Shown here piece after piece: positions 50,070-59,357 of a DNA stretch of 64,000 bases. This stretch comes from a virus. Lineage: Duplodnaviria > Caudoviricetes. Under the pieces are notes generated by a model that was not told the origin of the DNA, ran no database searches, and saw only the letters and a program-made list of their open reading frames with translations. The DNA is taken from the IMG/VR virus record IMGVR_UViG_3300044655_001017. The stretch is one strand, 5' to 3'. The position numbers were made by a program, and so were the translations under genes. The first letter of the stretch is position 1. Each line of letters begins with the position of its first letter.

Positions 50070-51098
50070 ATGAGATATTTACGTCAGCAAGTTTTAAATC
50101 GTAGAGCCCCATGGGATCAAAGATTATATGTAGACATGACTAATAGTGTTGTTATGACTACTACAAACAACGTAACATTACCATCTGGTACTACTGCAGA
50201 ACGACCCGTAGCACCTATAAACGGTATGATGCGATACAATACTGACATAGTAACAGGTGGTGAATTAGAAGTTTATCAATCTGGTACTTGGCGTAGTTTG
50301 AGATTTAAAGAACCTACACTAATTACACAGCAAAGTTTAGGTGCAGGAGACAGTCTTAATTTATATTTTGGACCATTATCGCCTGCTCCGGTAACTACTG
50401 TACAAAGTGGAATTACTTGGGATGTAACTCAAATGGCTAAACATATTTTAGTTGTTGTTGAAAATGTTCTTCAGCTATCAAATACTAATTATACAATTGT
50501 ACAAAATCCAACTATTGGCGCTGGAACTTATACGCCAAAATTAAGTTTTGCTGCACCATTAGGTTCAACAACTTTGTATTTTAATAGTCATGTATTAGGC
50601 GGAAACGCAACTTGGTCAACAAGTGTTGCAACTCTTGAATTTACAGCGTTAACACAAACACCATTTGCAGTTGGGTCTTCTATTGTAGTAACTGGATATA
50701 TGCCAACTGCATATAACGGAACATTTACCGTTACTTCGTCAACTACTAGTTCAGTTAGTTATGCATTAGCAGTGTCAAATCCAGGAACATCAACAGTATC
50801 TGGACAAATTAAAAGTGCAGATGCAATTTACACCTCATTAGATATTACAGGTGCAACGATCAACGGACACGCTAATATACCTAATGGTACAACTATTGTT
50901 TCATCAGTATCTGATGCAAATACAGACGCGTTAATTAGTGCAGTGATTAGTAATGCAACCACTACTAGTACTATTGCAGTGAACACACAACTTACAATTT
51001 CTGAAAGTATACAGTCACCAATTGGATATTATTTAAAGTTTAATTCACCTGTGCCATTAGGAAAAGTAGTTACAGTCTTACACGGCTTTGACAAGTAA
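50070..51098 (+). CDS. Structural protein (342 aa)
   Basis: LPSGTTAERP..P.NGMMRYNTD fibre motif. Carries a ~75-aa module shared with the 740-aa fibre. Confidence 0.65.
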   Translation: MRYLRQQVLNRRAPWDQRLYVDMTNSVVMTTTNNVTLPSGTTAERPVAPINGMMRYNTDIVTGGELEVYQSGTWRSLRFKEPTLITQQSLGAGDSLNLYFGPLSPAPVTTVQSGITWDVTQMAKHILVVVENVLQLSNTNYTIVQNPTIGAGTYTPKLSFAAPLGSTTLYFNSHVLGGNATWSTSVATLEFTALTQTPFAVGSSIVVTGYMPTAYNGTFTVTSSTTSSVSYALAVSNPGTSTVSGQIKSADAIYTSLDITGATINGHANIPNGTTIVSSVSDANTDALISAVISNATTTSTIAVNTQLTISESIQSPIGYYLKFNSPVPLGKVVTVLHGFDK

Positions 51099-51111
51099 TT
51101 AAGGAATTGTT

Positions 51112-54100
51112 ATGGGTATTGAAATGGGTAGAGTAAGCGGACCGCTTCTTTCGGAAAACTTATTAAGAAACGGTGAAGATTTAGCGTTTGAAACAAACTT
51201 ACTGTATCTAGATGTTAATAACAACAAAATTGGCATTAAAAACGATGCACCAACACGACAATTGTCGGTTGCAGATGCACGAACATCTTACTTAGTTGTT
51301 GATACACAAGCTGATATTGCTAACTTTTCAATACTTACAAATAAGATTCAAAATCCTCTCGGAACGATTTACTTACGTCCAAATCAAACTACTGATCCTA
51401 CAATTAAAGCACCTGAACTTCAGACTGCTAACCTTAGTTTTACTAATCAAAAAATAGAAAATCTTACAGTTGATAGTAACATTGAACTTAATCCTAACGG
51501 TACCGGAATAGTAAAATTTACAACTTCAACTGTAAATATTGACGGTACACTTCACGCAACTGGTGATGTTACGTGGGACGGTACTATTACATTTGGTAAT
51601 AACAATCTTGATAGCGTAACATTTAATACTGATATTACAAGTAGTATAATACCAGATAATAGTACATACGGGTTAGGATCGTTAAGTAAATATTGGCAAA
51701 CTTTGTACACACGCAACGTTACTGCAACTAATATAACATCATCGTCTGATATTACAATTAATAGTATTAATCTAGCGTTATCTTCTGGTAAGACAATTTA
51801 CGTATCAACTACAGGTAATGACACATTATCTGGTATGCACGCCCATGCTCCTTTTAAAACGATAAAAGCAGCACTAGCAATCGCAACAGTAGGTGACGAA
51901 GTTGTTATCTTTCCTGGAACATATACCGAAATATTCCCATTAACAATTCCTCTAGGAGTTAGTGTCCGTGGGATGAGTATTCGTGCAGTTGTTATTAAAC
52001 CAACGATTGCTACAAACAACAAAGATGCATTTTTATTAAATGGTGATACTACTGTTTCTTTCTTAACAATTCAAGACTACTTCTTTGATATTGTTAATAA
52101 TACCGGATACGCATTTAGATTTGCTAACAATTTTAAATCATTAGTTAAAAGTCCATATATCCAAAATGTTACAATAATTTCTAAAGGTTCAGTAACTCCA
52201 ACGAACGATCCGTTAGGATTTAATCAAGGGGATGCTGGTGCCGGCATATTAGTTGACAGTACTGATGCAGATTTATCCGGTAACATTGTTCCTTCATTAC
52301 TATGTTACGCAGTTACGTTAATTACACCAAATCAAGATTCTATAGTTGCAAAAAATAATGTTAGGGTTGAATGGTTAAACTCGTTTACCTATTATGCTAA
52401 ACGAGGTAGTTACTTAACTAATGGTGCAGAGTTTAGAAGTATTAACAGCGCAAATATATACGGTACATACGGTGTAGTTGCAGACGGAACAAATACAAGA
52501 GGTTATCTAACTGGACATAATTTTAGCTATGTTGGATCTGGTAACATCTCAAGCAACGATAAATCAAATGTATTTCAAGAAAATGAAATTGTTGCAACCA
52601 ACGATGCAAGAATCTTTTACGATAGTATGGATCATAAAGGCGATTTTCGTGTAGGTGATATATTTTATGTTAACCAAGAAACTGGCCAAGTTGTGTTTAA
52701 CGCACAACATATTGACTTTGGAGCAACCGGCGGACTAGTTTTTGAAACAGAGTATGGTGTTACAAACATCAATATGACTGCAATTCAAACTGGAAACATT
52801 CGCATACACGATAATGACATTGATTCATTAGTTGGACCTGTTAATTTTTTAGCTGCATCAACTTCTACTTATCTTAATACTAATGTATATGTTACTGGGT
52901 TATTAGATGTAACTGGGGAAACAAATGTTAAAGGAAATGTATTCTTAGGTAATGAAGTATTAGATACTTTAACTATATTTCCAAGACTGACTCAAACTTT
53001 TAAACCAAAAACTACCAGTACTTATACATTAGGCACAAGCGATGTTTCGTGGAAAACTGCATTCCTAACAGGTCTTAATGTTGATAATGTTACCCAAATA
53101 ACAAATAATACAATATCAACAATATCAACTGATACTGATTTAAGATTAGTAGCTGCAGGTACAGGAAAAATTCAGATTTCATCAACTGATGTTGCAGTAT
53201 CTAACAACTTAACTGCAGTAGGAACTACTACTATCGATGGCGATACATCGTTAAGAAATGTTAACATTTCTGGATTAGTCGAATTAACTGGAGACATAAA
53301 TCAAACAGGAAATATTAGGTTAACTGGTACCTTACACAATACAGACAATTTAATAATAACCGGATCTACCTCGTATTTACGATCTAATGGTGTTAAAATA
53401 CTTAACAACCAAATTTACACTAACACATCTGGAGATACGTTATCATTATCTGCTAACGGAACAGGCGGCGTAGTATTTGATGATAAGATAAAATTTACTA
53501 ACACAACTATTAGTAATAGATGGTCGATTGCAACTACTAATCTACAAAAGAGCATTGTACTTACTCCGTCGGGTACTGGTCTTACTGTAATAAATTCTAC
53601 AGAATATCTAAAATTACCTTACAGTAACGAAACTACTAATTACTTGTCAGCTGTTGGACAAATTAGACATAATAGTACAACTAATCTATACGAAGGATAT
53701 AATATTCCTGATGGTTTAGAAAGTTTTACTAATTTGTATGATACTGATCGTAACACATATATTACTCCTGAATTAACCCCGGGCGCAAATGACAATACAC
53801 TTAGATTTGGAATTAATAATACAGTAGTTGCTGAAATTAATTCATCTCGTTTATTTTCTAATTTATTAGAAATAGACGATATTCATATTTTAAATAACAC
53901 TATTACAACTGCATTACCAAATACAGATTTCTTTTTAACACCAAACGGTTCATCAACATCAATTAATGTTAATAATTTAGTATTTAAACCTAATAACATA
54001 ATGCTTAACACCAATCAAGTGTTAACAATGCAAGGAACATCAGCAGGATATTTTAAATTTGGTGGAACATTTGGGTTAGTAATTCCAATAGGTGACAACA

Positions 54101-54270
54101 GTCAGCGACGGGTAGATCCAGAAATTGGCGAAACACGATTTAATACAGAAATACAGATATGGGAAGTATTTAACGGAACAATTTGGGACTCAGCTATTGG
54201 TTCTGCATCATTTGCAACATCAGACGAGGTAGACGATATTATGAACACATGGGCCATTATACTCGGTTAA
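51112..54270 (+). CDS. Large fibre/appendage protein with pectin-lyase-like (DUF1565-type) domain (1052 aa)
   Basis: IYVSTTGND..G...PFKTIKAAL...PGTY.E.FPLTIP.GVS.RG. Paralogue of the 1421-aa gene. Confidence 0.7.
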   Translation: MGIEMGRVSGPLLSENLLRNGEDLAFETNLLYLDVNNNKIGIKNDAPTRQLSVADARTSYLVVDTQADIANFSILTNKIQNPLGTIYLRPNQTTDPTIKAPELQTANLSFTNQKIENLTVDSNIELNPNGTGIVKFTTSTVNIDGTLHATGDVTWDGTITFGNNNLDSVTFNTDITSSIIPDNSTYGLGSLSKYWQTLYTRNVTATNITSSSDITINSINLALSSGKTIYVSTTGNDTLSGMHAHAPFKTIKAALAIATVGDEVVIFPGTYTEIFPLTIPLGVSVRGMSIRAVVIKPTIATNNKDAFLLNGDTTVSFLTIQDYFFDIVNNTGYAFRFANNFKSLVKSPYIQNVTIISKGSVTPTNDPLGFNQGDAGAGILVDSTDADLSGNIVPSLLCYAVTLITPNQDSIVAKNNVRVEWLNSFTYYAKRGSYLTNGAEFRSINSANIYGTYGVVADGTNTRGYLTGHNFSYVGSGNISSNDKSNVFQENEIVATNDARIFYDSMDHKGDFRVGDIFYVNQETGQVVFNAQHIDFGATGGLVFETEYGVTNINMTAIQTGNIRIHDNDIDSLVGPVNFLAASTSTYLNTNVYVTGLLDVTGETNVKGNVFLGNEVLDTLTIFPRLTQTFKPKTTSTYTLGTSDVSWKTAFLTGLNVDNVTQITNNTISTISTDTDLRLVAAGTGKIQISSTDVAVSNNLTAVGTTTIDGDTSLRNVNISGLVELTGDINQTGNIRLTGTLHNTDNLIITGSTSYLRSNGVKILNNQIYTNTSGDTLSLSANGTGGVVFDDKIKFTNTTISNRWSIATTNLQKSIVLTPSGTGLTVINSTEYLKLPYSNETTNYLSAVGQIRHNSTTNLYEGYNIPDGLESFTNLYDTDRNTYITPELTPGANDNTLRFGINNTVVAEINSSRLFSNLLEIDDIHILNNTITTALPNTDFFLTPNGSSTSINVNNLVFKPNNIMLNTNQVLTMQGTSAGYFKFGGTFGLVIPIGDNSQRRVDPEIGETRFNTEIQIWEVFNGTIWDSAIGSASFATSDEVDDIMNTWAIILG

Positions 54271-54279
54271 GGATAAATA

Positions 54280-54378
54280 CTTTTACTGCTGGGATAAGAC
54301 CAAAAATCCCACGAGACGAAACTGTGGTAAACCCGCAATGTAAGGTGGTTAGCCGTGAAACGCGGTGGTTAAGGAGAG
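54280..54378 (+). promoter_or_regulatory. Structured 5' leader of the 1421-aa gene
   Basis: ATAAATA at 54273. Hairpins at 54290-54311, 54323-54337 and 54352-54366; GGTGGTTA direct repeat; AAGGAG RBS. Confidence 0.5.
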
Positions 54379-54381
54379 TAT

Positions 54382-57300
54382 ATGGCTGTTGGTCGAATTT
54401 CTGGTCCGCTCTTAAAAGCAAACCTTCTTCGCGACGGTGTGAATTTAGCTTTTGAGACCGACTTATTATTTTTAGATGTAGTAAACGGGCGGATAGGCAT
54501 TAAGACAGCATCGCCACAATACACACTTGACGTTAATGGTACAACTCGTACTACAAATTTAGAAACAACAACTCAAGCTAATATTGCGTCATTTACTATT
54601 AATAATAATATTATTGCTAGTAGCAACAGTATTATTAGTTTAGAACCATCTGGTACAAATCCTGTTGTATATCAAGGTAAATTAATCGTTGATAACAACA
54701 TACAGATTTCATCAAACATTATACAAGCAACAACAACTGACTCTAATTTAGAAATTAAAACTAATGGATCAGGTCAAGTAAATATTAATTCAAATGTATT
54801 AGTAACTGGTAATGTACACGCTACCGGAACAATTACTGCCGACGGTGACATCATATTAGGTGATGCTAACACTGATAGCGTTACGTTTAACGCTGATATT
54901 ACAAGTAATATTAATCCTGATCAAACAAATACATACGACTTAGGTAGTAATCCAACAACTGGCGGACAAGAATGGGGCACCAGCTACATTAGTAATATCC
55001 AAACTACTAATATTACTGCTGATACATTAAGTGTTAATGGCATTGACTTAATCTTACCTCAAGGTAACATATTTTATGTTTCGGTTAACGGTAATGATAC
55101 TAATGCAGGCGTTCATGAAAATAATCCGTTTGCATCAATAAAACATGCGTTATCAGTAGCAACTGCAGGTACTACTGTTTACATCTATTCCGGTACTTAC
55201 ACTGAGATATTCCCATTAACTATTCCAGTAGGTGTAACAATCAAAGGTGCAGGTCTTCGATCGGTAACTGTTCAACCAACAGTCGGAACAATCGATAACG
55301 ATGCATTTTTACTAAACGGCGAAACTACAATTGAAGATTTATCTATCGTTGGTTACAGATTTAATAGTACTAACAATACCGGATATGCATTTAGATTTGC
55401 ATCTAACTTTTTAGTTTCATCTCGTAGTCCGTACATAAGAAATGTTTCAGTTATTACTAAAGGTTCTACAACAAGTAGCACTGATCCATATGGATACGAC
55501 AGTAACGATGCAGGTAAAGGTGCGTTCTTTGATGGAAGTATTGCAAACTCTGCAAGTAAGGAAGTTACTGCATTATTTAATTCTGTCACATTTATCACTC
55601 CAAATCAAGAAACTCTTGTTGCAACTAATGGTGTTAGGATTGAATGGTTAAATTCATTTACATATTTTGCCGATAAAGGGATATATGCATATTCGGGTAC
55701 AACTGGGTTTGCAGGTATAGGCAAAACACGATTAAAAATTAACAATAAAACAGGTACATGGAATGTAGGTGATACTATTACTTACTATGATACCAACGGC
55801 ACTACGGTACTTGCAACCGGAGTGATTGATAGTTTTGATGGTAATTTTGTAAACTTAGTAGGCAAGCAGTCTGGATTTCAAACAATTACAGATAGAATAC
55901 CAAAAGCAGTGTTTGCAAACGGAAATGCTAAGATTTCTACATTAGAATATAAATTTGGTAATTCAAGTTTAAATTTAGATGGTACTGGAGACTTTCTTAA
56001 TGTTCCTAGTCAACCTGATTTTAATTTTAGCAACGGTAATTTTACAATTGAACTATGGGTGTATCAAACAGTTAATTCTGGAGCAACTCAAATTTTAATT
56101 GATATGCGTACTAGTACTCCGCAATCTGCAATCGTGCTATCATTAAATTCTATTAATCAAGTTGCATTTACTGTTAATGGTACTGCAGTAATCACATCTA
56201 CTGATGTAGTTGCAGTGAATACGTGGACACATGTTGCATTATCACGCGCCGGTACATCATCTAAAATATTTATTAACGGTGTGCAGTCAGGGTCTACTTA
56301 TACAGACACTACTGTGTATATTCAAAGTCCTGTACGCATAGGTGCTCGGTTTGATAACACATTAGGATTTACTGGATATATTGACGGTGTTAGAATTTGT
56401 AAAGGTATTGCAAGGTACACTGGTACATTTGTAGTTCCTAGTTCAGAATCATTAGGCGATTTATCTACAGTATTATTATTACATTTTGATGGAAGTAACA
56501 ACTCGACTACTATTTTAGATAATGGTATTACGTTCCAGGACATTAGATCTTCAGCAGGTGGAACTGCAAGTATTATTAACTTTGCAGACTATAGCGATTT
56601 TGGTGTTGAATTACGATCAATTGGATCTGCAAATATATACGGTACTTACGGCGTATACGCTGACGGTGACGGAGTTGTACTGTTCTTAACTAGTCACAAC
56701 TTTTCATATACTGGTTCAGGGAAAGACTCATCAAATACTCCACATAATGAAGGACCTGAAAATCCTGATGTTGATCCATACGAGATTGTAAAACTTAACA
56801 ATGCTCAAGTTTATTACACGACTATTAATGAAGAAGGTGATTTTAGAGTTGGCGATAGCTTCTACATTGATCAGCATAGTGGTGATGTGTTATTCAACAA
56901 TCAAAATTTAACAATTACAAGTACTACCGGTGTATCTTTTAGTGACGGAACACATACTACATCTATTACATCGCAAGATATTACTACTGGTAATATTAAA
57001 ATTAGCGGTAACACGATTGAAAGTTTGTCAGGCAATATAAATGTAACTGCAGCAAACGGTGCAATTAATTTACAAAATAATACATATGTAACTGGTAATT
57101 TAGATGTTACTGGTGATGTTACTATTGGCGGAAACATTACAATTGGTGATCAATCTACTGATACTGTTACATTTACTGCTGGAATCACAAGTAATATTGT
57201 TCCAGCAACTACTGCTTTTTATGATTTAGGTACTACTAATTTACGATGGAACAATGCATTTTTAAGTCGTGCAGAAATAGATGGGTTAGTAATTGACAAC

Positions 57301-58647
57301 AACACTATTAGCACAACATTAAACAATGATGATTTAACATTAACTGCAAATGGTAGCGGACAAGTTTATGTACCGTCAAATAATGTACAGATTGATCAAA
57401 ATTTAACAGTTACTCAAAATTTAACAGTTACGACTGGTACTACTTATTTACAAGATGTTGGAATTACTGGTGATATTACTCAAACTGGTGATATTACCCA
57501 AACTGGAGACATTAGTACAAGTGGTACAATTACAGTAACTGGAAATATTACAAGCACAGGTGACTTAGATTTACCAGAAATTACAATATCAAATAACTCA
57601 ATTTACACTAATGTAACAGATACTGATTTAGAAATTTTTGGAACAGGTACTGGCGGGGTTATTGTTGAAGGATTAAAAATTACCGATAACGGTATTGCTA
57701 GTATCGCAACTAACTCAGGTATAACATTAACTCCACAAGGAACCGGTGGAGTTATAATTGATAGTACTACTAGTTTAAAAATTCCAGTTGGTACTACATT
57801 AGAAAGACCGTTATTACCTACTAACGGAATGATAAGGTATAATACTACATTATCTAGATATGAAAGTTATACAGTAAAAGTTCCTGGATCTATACTTTCG
57901 GCAGTACAATATGACACCATTGCTGGATTTATTGGACAAACTGATATTGTAATTATCGGTGGAAATAATGATGCACGTTGCAGTATTAGTATAACTGGTA
58001 TTACAATTACAACTCCTGGAACTGGATATACTACAGGCATCGCTACAATCGGCGGCGGAACACGAATAGTAATAACGGTTGACGGATTTTGGTTACAACT
58101 TAGCGGAGTTATAGATAATAGTGGTAATACTCGTATATTAGCAGAATCATCACCTGGTGCTAACGATAACATATTATATTTTTATGCTAATAATCATTTA
58201 ACAGCAACTATTGACAACGAAAAATTATTTACAGAAAGGTTTCAAACTAATAATTTAGATATTAATGGTAATACCATTACTACGTTAGTAGCTGATACTG
58301 ATATTAATATTACTGCATCAGGAACCGGCGGAGTACATCTTGGGAATTTACGAATTTCTAATGATACAATAACAAATGTTTTAGCAAATGCAGTTACTGA
58401 ATTTGTTAATAGCGGCACTGGTTATGTTAAATTTGCAGGGTCAGGCGGAATAGTTATCCCATCAGGTGATACCGGATCAACTCGTCCACCAAGTCCTGAA
58501 ACTGGTATGATACGATTTAATACTTCGTATCAGGTTGTTGAAATTTTTAACGGAGTAACATGGGGTAGTGTTGCAGGTAATACAGGTGGCGTTACAATTA
58601 CAGCTGCAAACGAAATAGGATTAGCATCCGCATTAATTTTTGGATAA
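54382..58647 (+). CDS. Large fibre/appendage protein with DUF1565-type and LamG/ConA-like domains (1421 aa)
   Basis: Paralogous to the 1052-aa gene. Extra LamG-like block KFGNSSL.LDGTGD...FTIELW...WTHVAL.R...GYID.VRI.KG.ARY at ~55900-56520. Confidence 0.75.
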   Translation: MAVGRISGPLLKANLLRDGVNLAFETDLLFLDVVNGRIGIKTASPQYTLDVNGTTRTTNLETTTQANIASFTINNNIIASSNSIISLEPSGTNPVVYQGKLIVDNNIQISSNIIQATTTDSNLEIKTNGSGQVNINSNVLVTGNVHATGTITADGDIILGDANTDSVTFNADITSNINPDQTNTYDLGSNPTTGGQEWGTSYISNIQTTNITADTLSVNGIDLILPQGNIFYVSVNGNDTNAGVHENNPFASIKHALSVATAGTTVYIYSGTYTEIFPLTIPVGVTIKGAGLRSVTVQPTVGTIDNDAFLLNGETTIEDLSIVGYRFNSTNNTGYAFRFASNFLVSSRSPYIRNVSVITKGSTTSSTDPYGYDSNDAGKGAFFDGSIANSASKEVTALFNSVTFITPNQETLVATNGVRIEWLNSFTYFADKGIYAYSGTTGFAGIGKTRLKINNKTGTWNVGDTITYYDTNGTTVLATGVIDSFDGNFVNLVGKQSGFQTITDRIPKAVFANGNAKISTLEYKFGNSSLNLDGTGDFLNVPSQPDFNFSNGNFTIELWVYQTVNSGATQILIDMRTSTPQSAIVLSLNSINQVAFTVNGTAVITSTDVVAVNTWTHVALSRAGTSSKIFINGVQSGSTYTDTTVYIQSPVRIGARFDNTLGFTGYIDGVRICKGIARYTGTFVVPSSESLGDLSTVLLLHFDGSNNSTTILDNGITFQDIRSSAGGTASIINFADYSDFGVELRSIGSANIYGTYGVYADGDGVVLFLTSHNFSYTGSGKDSSNTPHNEGPENPDVDPYEIVKLNNAQVYYTTINEEGDFRVGDSFYIDQHSGDVLFNNQNLTITSTTGVSFSDGTHTTSITSQDITTGNIKISGNTIESLSGNINVTAANGAINLQNNTYVTGNLDVTGDVTIGGNITIGDQSTDTVTFTAGITSNIVPATTAFYDLGTTNLRWNNAFLSRAEIDGLVIDNNTISTTLNNDDLTLTANGSGQVYVPSNNVQIDQNLTVTQNLTVTTGTTYLQDVGITGDITQTGDITQTGDISTSGTITVTGNITSTGDLDLPEITISNNSIYTNVTDTDLEIFGTGTGGVIVEGLKITDNGIASIATNSGITLTPQGTGGVIIDSTTSLKIPVGTTLERPLLPTNGMIRYNTTLSRYESYTVKVPGSILSAVQYDTIAGFIGQTDIVIIGGNNDARCSISITGITITTPGTGYTTGIATIGGGTRIVITVDGFWLQLSGVIDNSGNTRILAESSPGANDNILYFYANNHLTATIDNEKLFTERFQTNNLDINGNTITTLVADTDINITASGTGGVHLGNLRISNDTITNVLANAVTEFVNSGTGYVKFAGSGGIVIPSGDTGSTRPPSPETGMIRFNTSYQVVEIFNGVTWGSVAGNTGGVTITAANEIGLASALIFG

Positions 58648-58650
58648 CAA

Positions 58651-58980
58651 ATGGCTACATTTTTAAGAACAACAGTAAAGAAGAACATAGGAACTACTCC
58701 AGTACAAGCATTAACACCTGGATCTACTAGCAGTTTTACAGTAATTGGATGTAATTTATCAAATACAACAGACTATGATGTTATTGTTAGTATTACGATT
58801 ACTGACTCGTCAAACGTTGTTGGCAGTTATGTGTCGTCTTTAACAATTCGCCCTTATAATAGTGCTAAAATAATTACAAATGGTGAAAAATTAATAGTAG
58901 CAGGCAGCTGCATTATGACAATTGTTAGTGATACCGATAACAGTATTGATGCAGTAATCAGCTATGCTGAAGTAATATAA
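58651..58980 (+). CDS. Small structural protein (109 aa)
   Basis: Intact, coupled ORF resembling the 110-aa protein at 49736. Confidence 0.6.
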   Translation: MATFLRTTVKKNIGTTPVQALTPGSTSSFTVIGCNLSNTTDYDVIVSITITDSSNVVGSYVSSLTIRPYNSAKIITNGEKLIVAGSCIMTIVSDTDNSIDAVISYAEVI

Positions 58981-58989
58981 GGAATTATA

Positions 58990-59346
58990 ATGAGTAATTA
59001 TTTTTTAGGTAATGAAAAATCTGATATTATCGGCGATAGTGCAGGATATTTATATGCATTGCGCAGAACAGACGACGGTGAATTATATTTTGCAAGAGTT
59101 AATCAACTAAGCAGAAATGATTCAATACAAATAAACAACGAAGGCGATCCCGAAGATAACTACCCAGATTTTGAATCAAATGTTGATTTTTTTGAAGGTA
59201 GAGATGTATATCATAATTTAGCTTATGCAAATTTAAATTATGAACAATATCGATGGGATAACAGAAACATATATTACTACGTTGACAGCTCTGGTAATTT
59301 AGTAATGCGTACTGACACAAAATATCAGTACCCAAGTGGAATATAA
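58990..59346 (+). CDS. Hypothetical protein (118 aa)
   Basis: AAGGAA RBS and an intact ORF in the fibre cluster. Confidence 0.6.
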   Translation: MSNYFLGNEKSDIIGDSAGYLYALRRTDDGELYFARVNQLSRNDSIQINNEGDPEDNYPDFESNVDFFEGRDVYHNLAYANLNYEQYRWDNRNIYYYVDSSGNLVMRTDTKYQYPSGI

Positions 59347-59357
59347 CGAGGTAAGAA

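Noticed and set aside
2175-50728. Diversity-generating retroelement template/variable repeat pair
   Set aside because: No reverse transcriptase in the window, mismatches are not adenine-specific, and both copies are internal coding modules.
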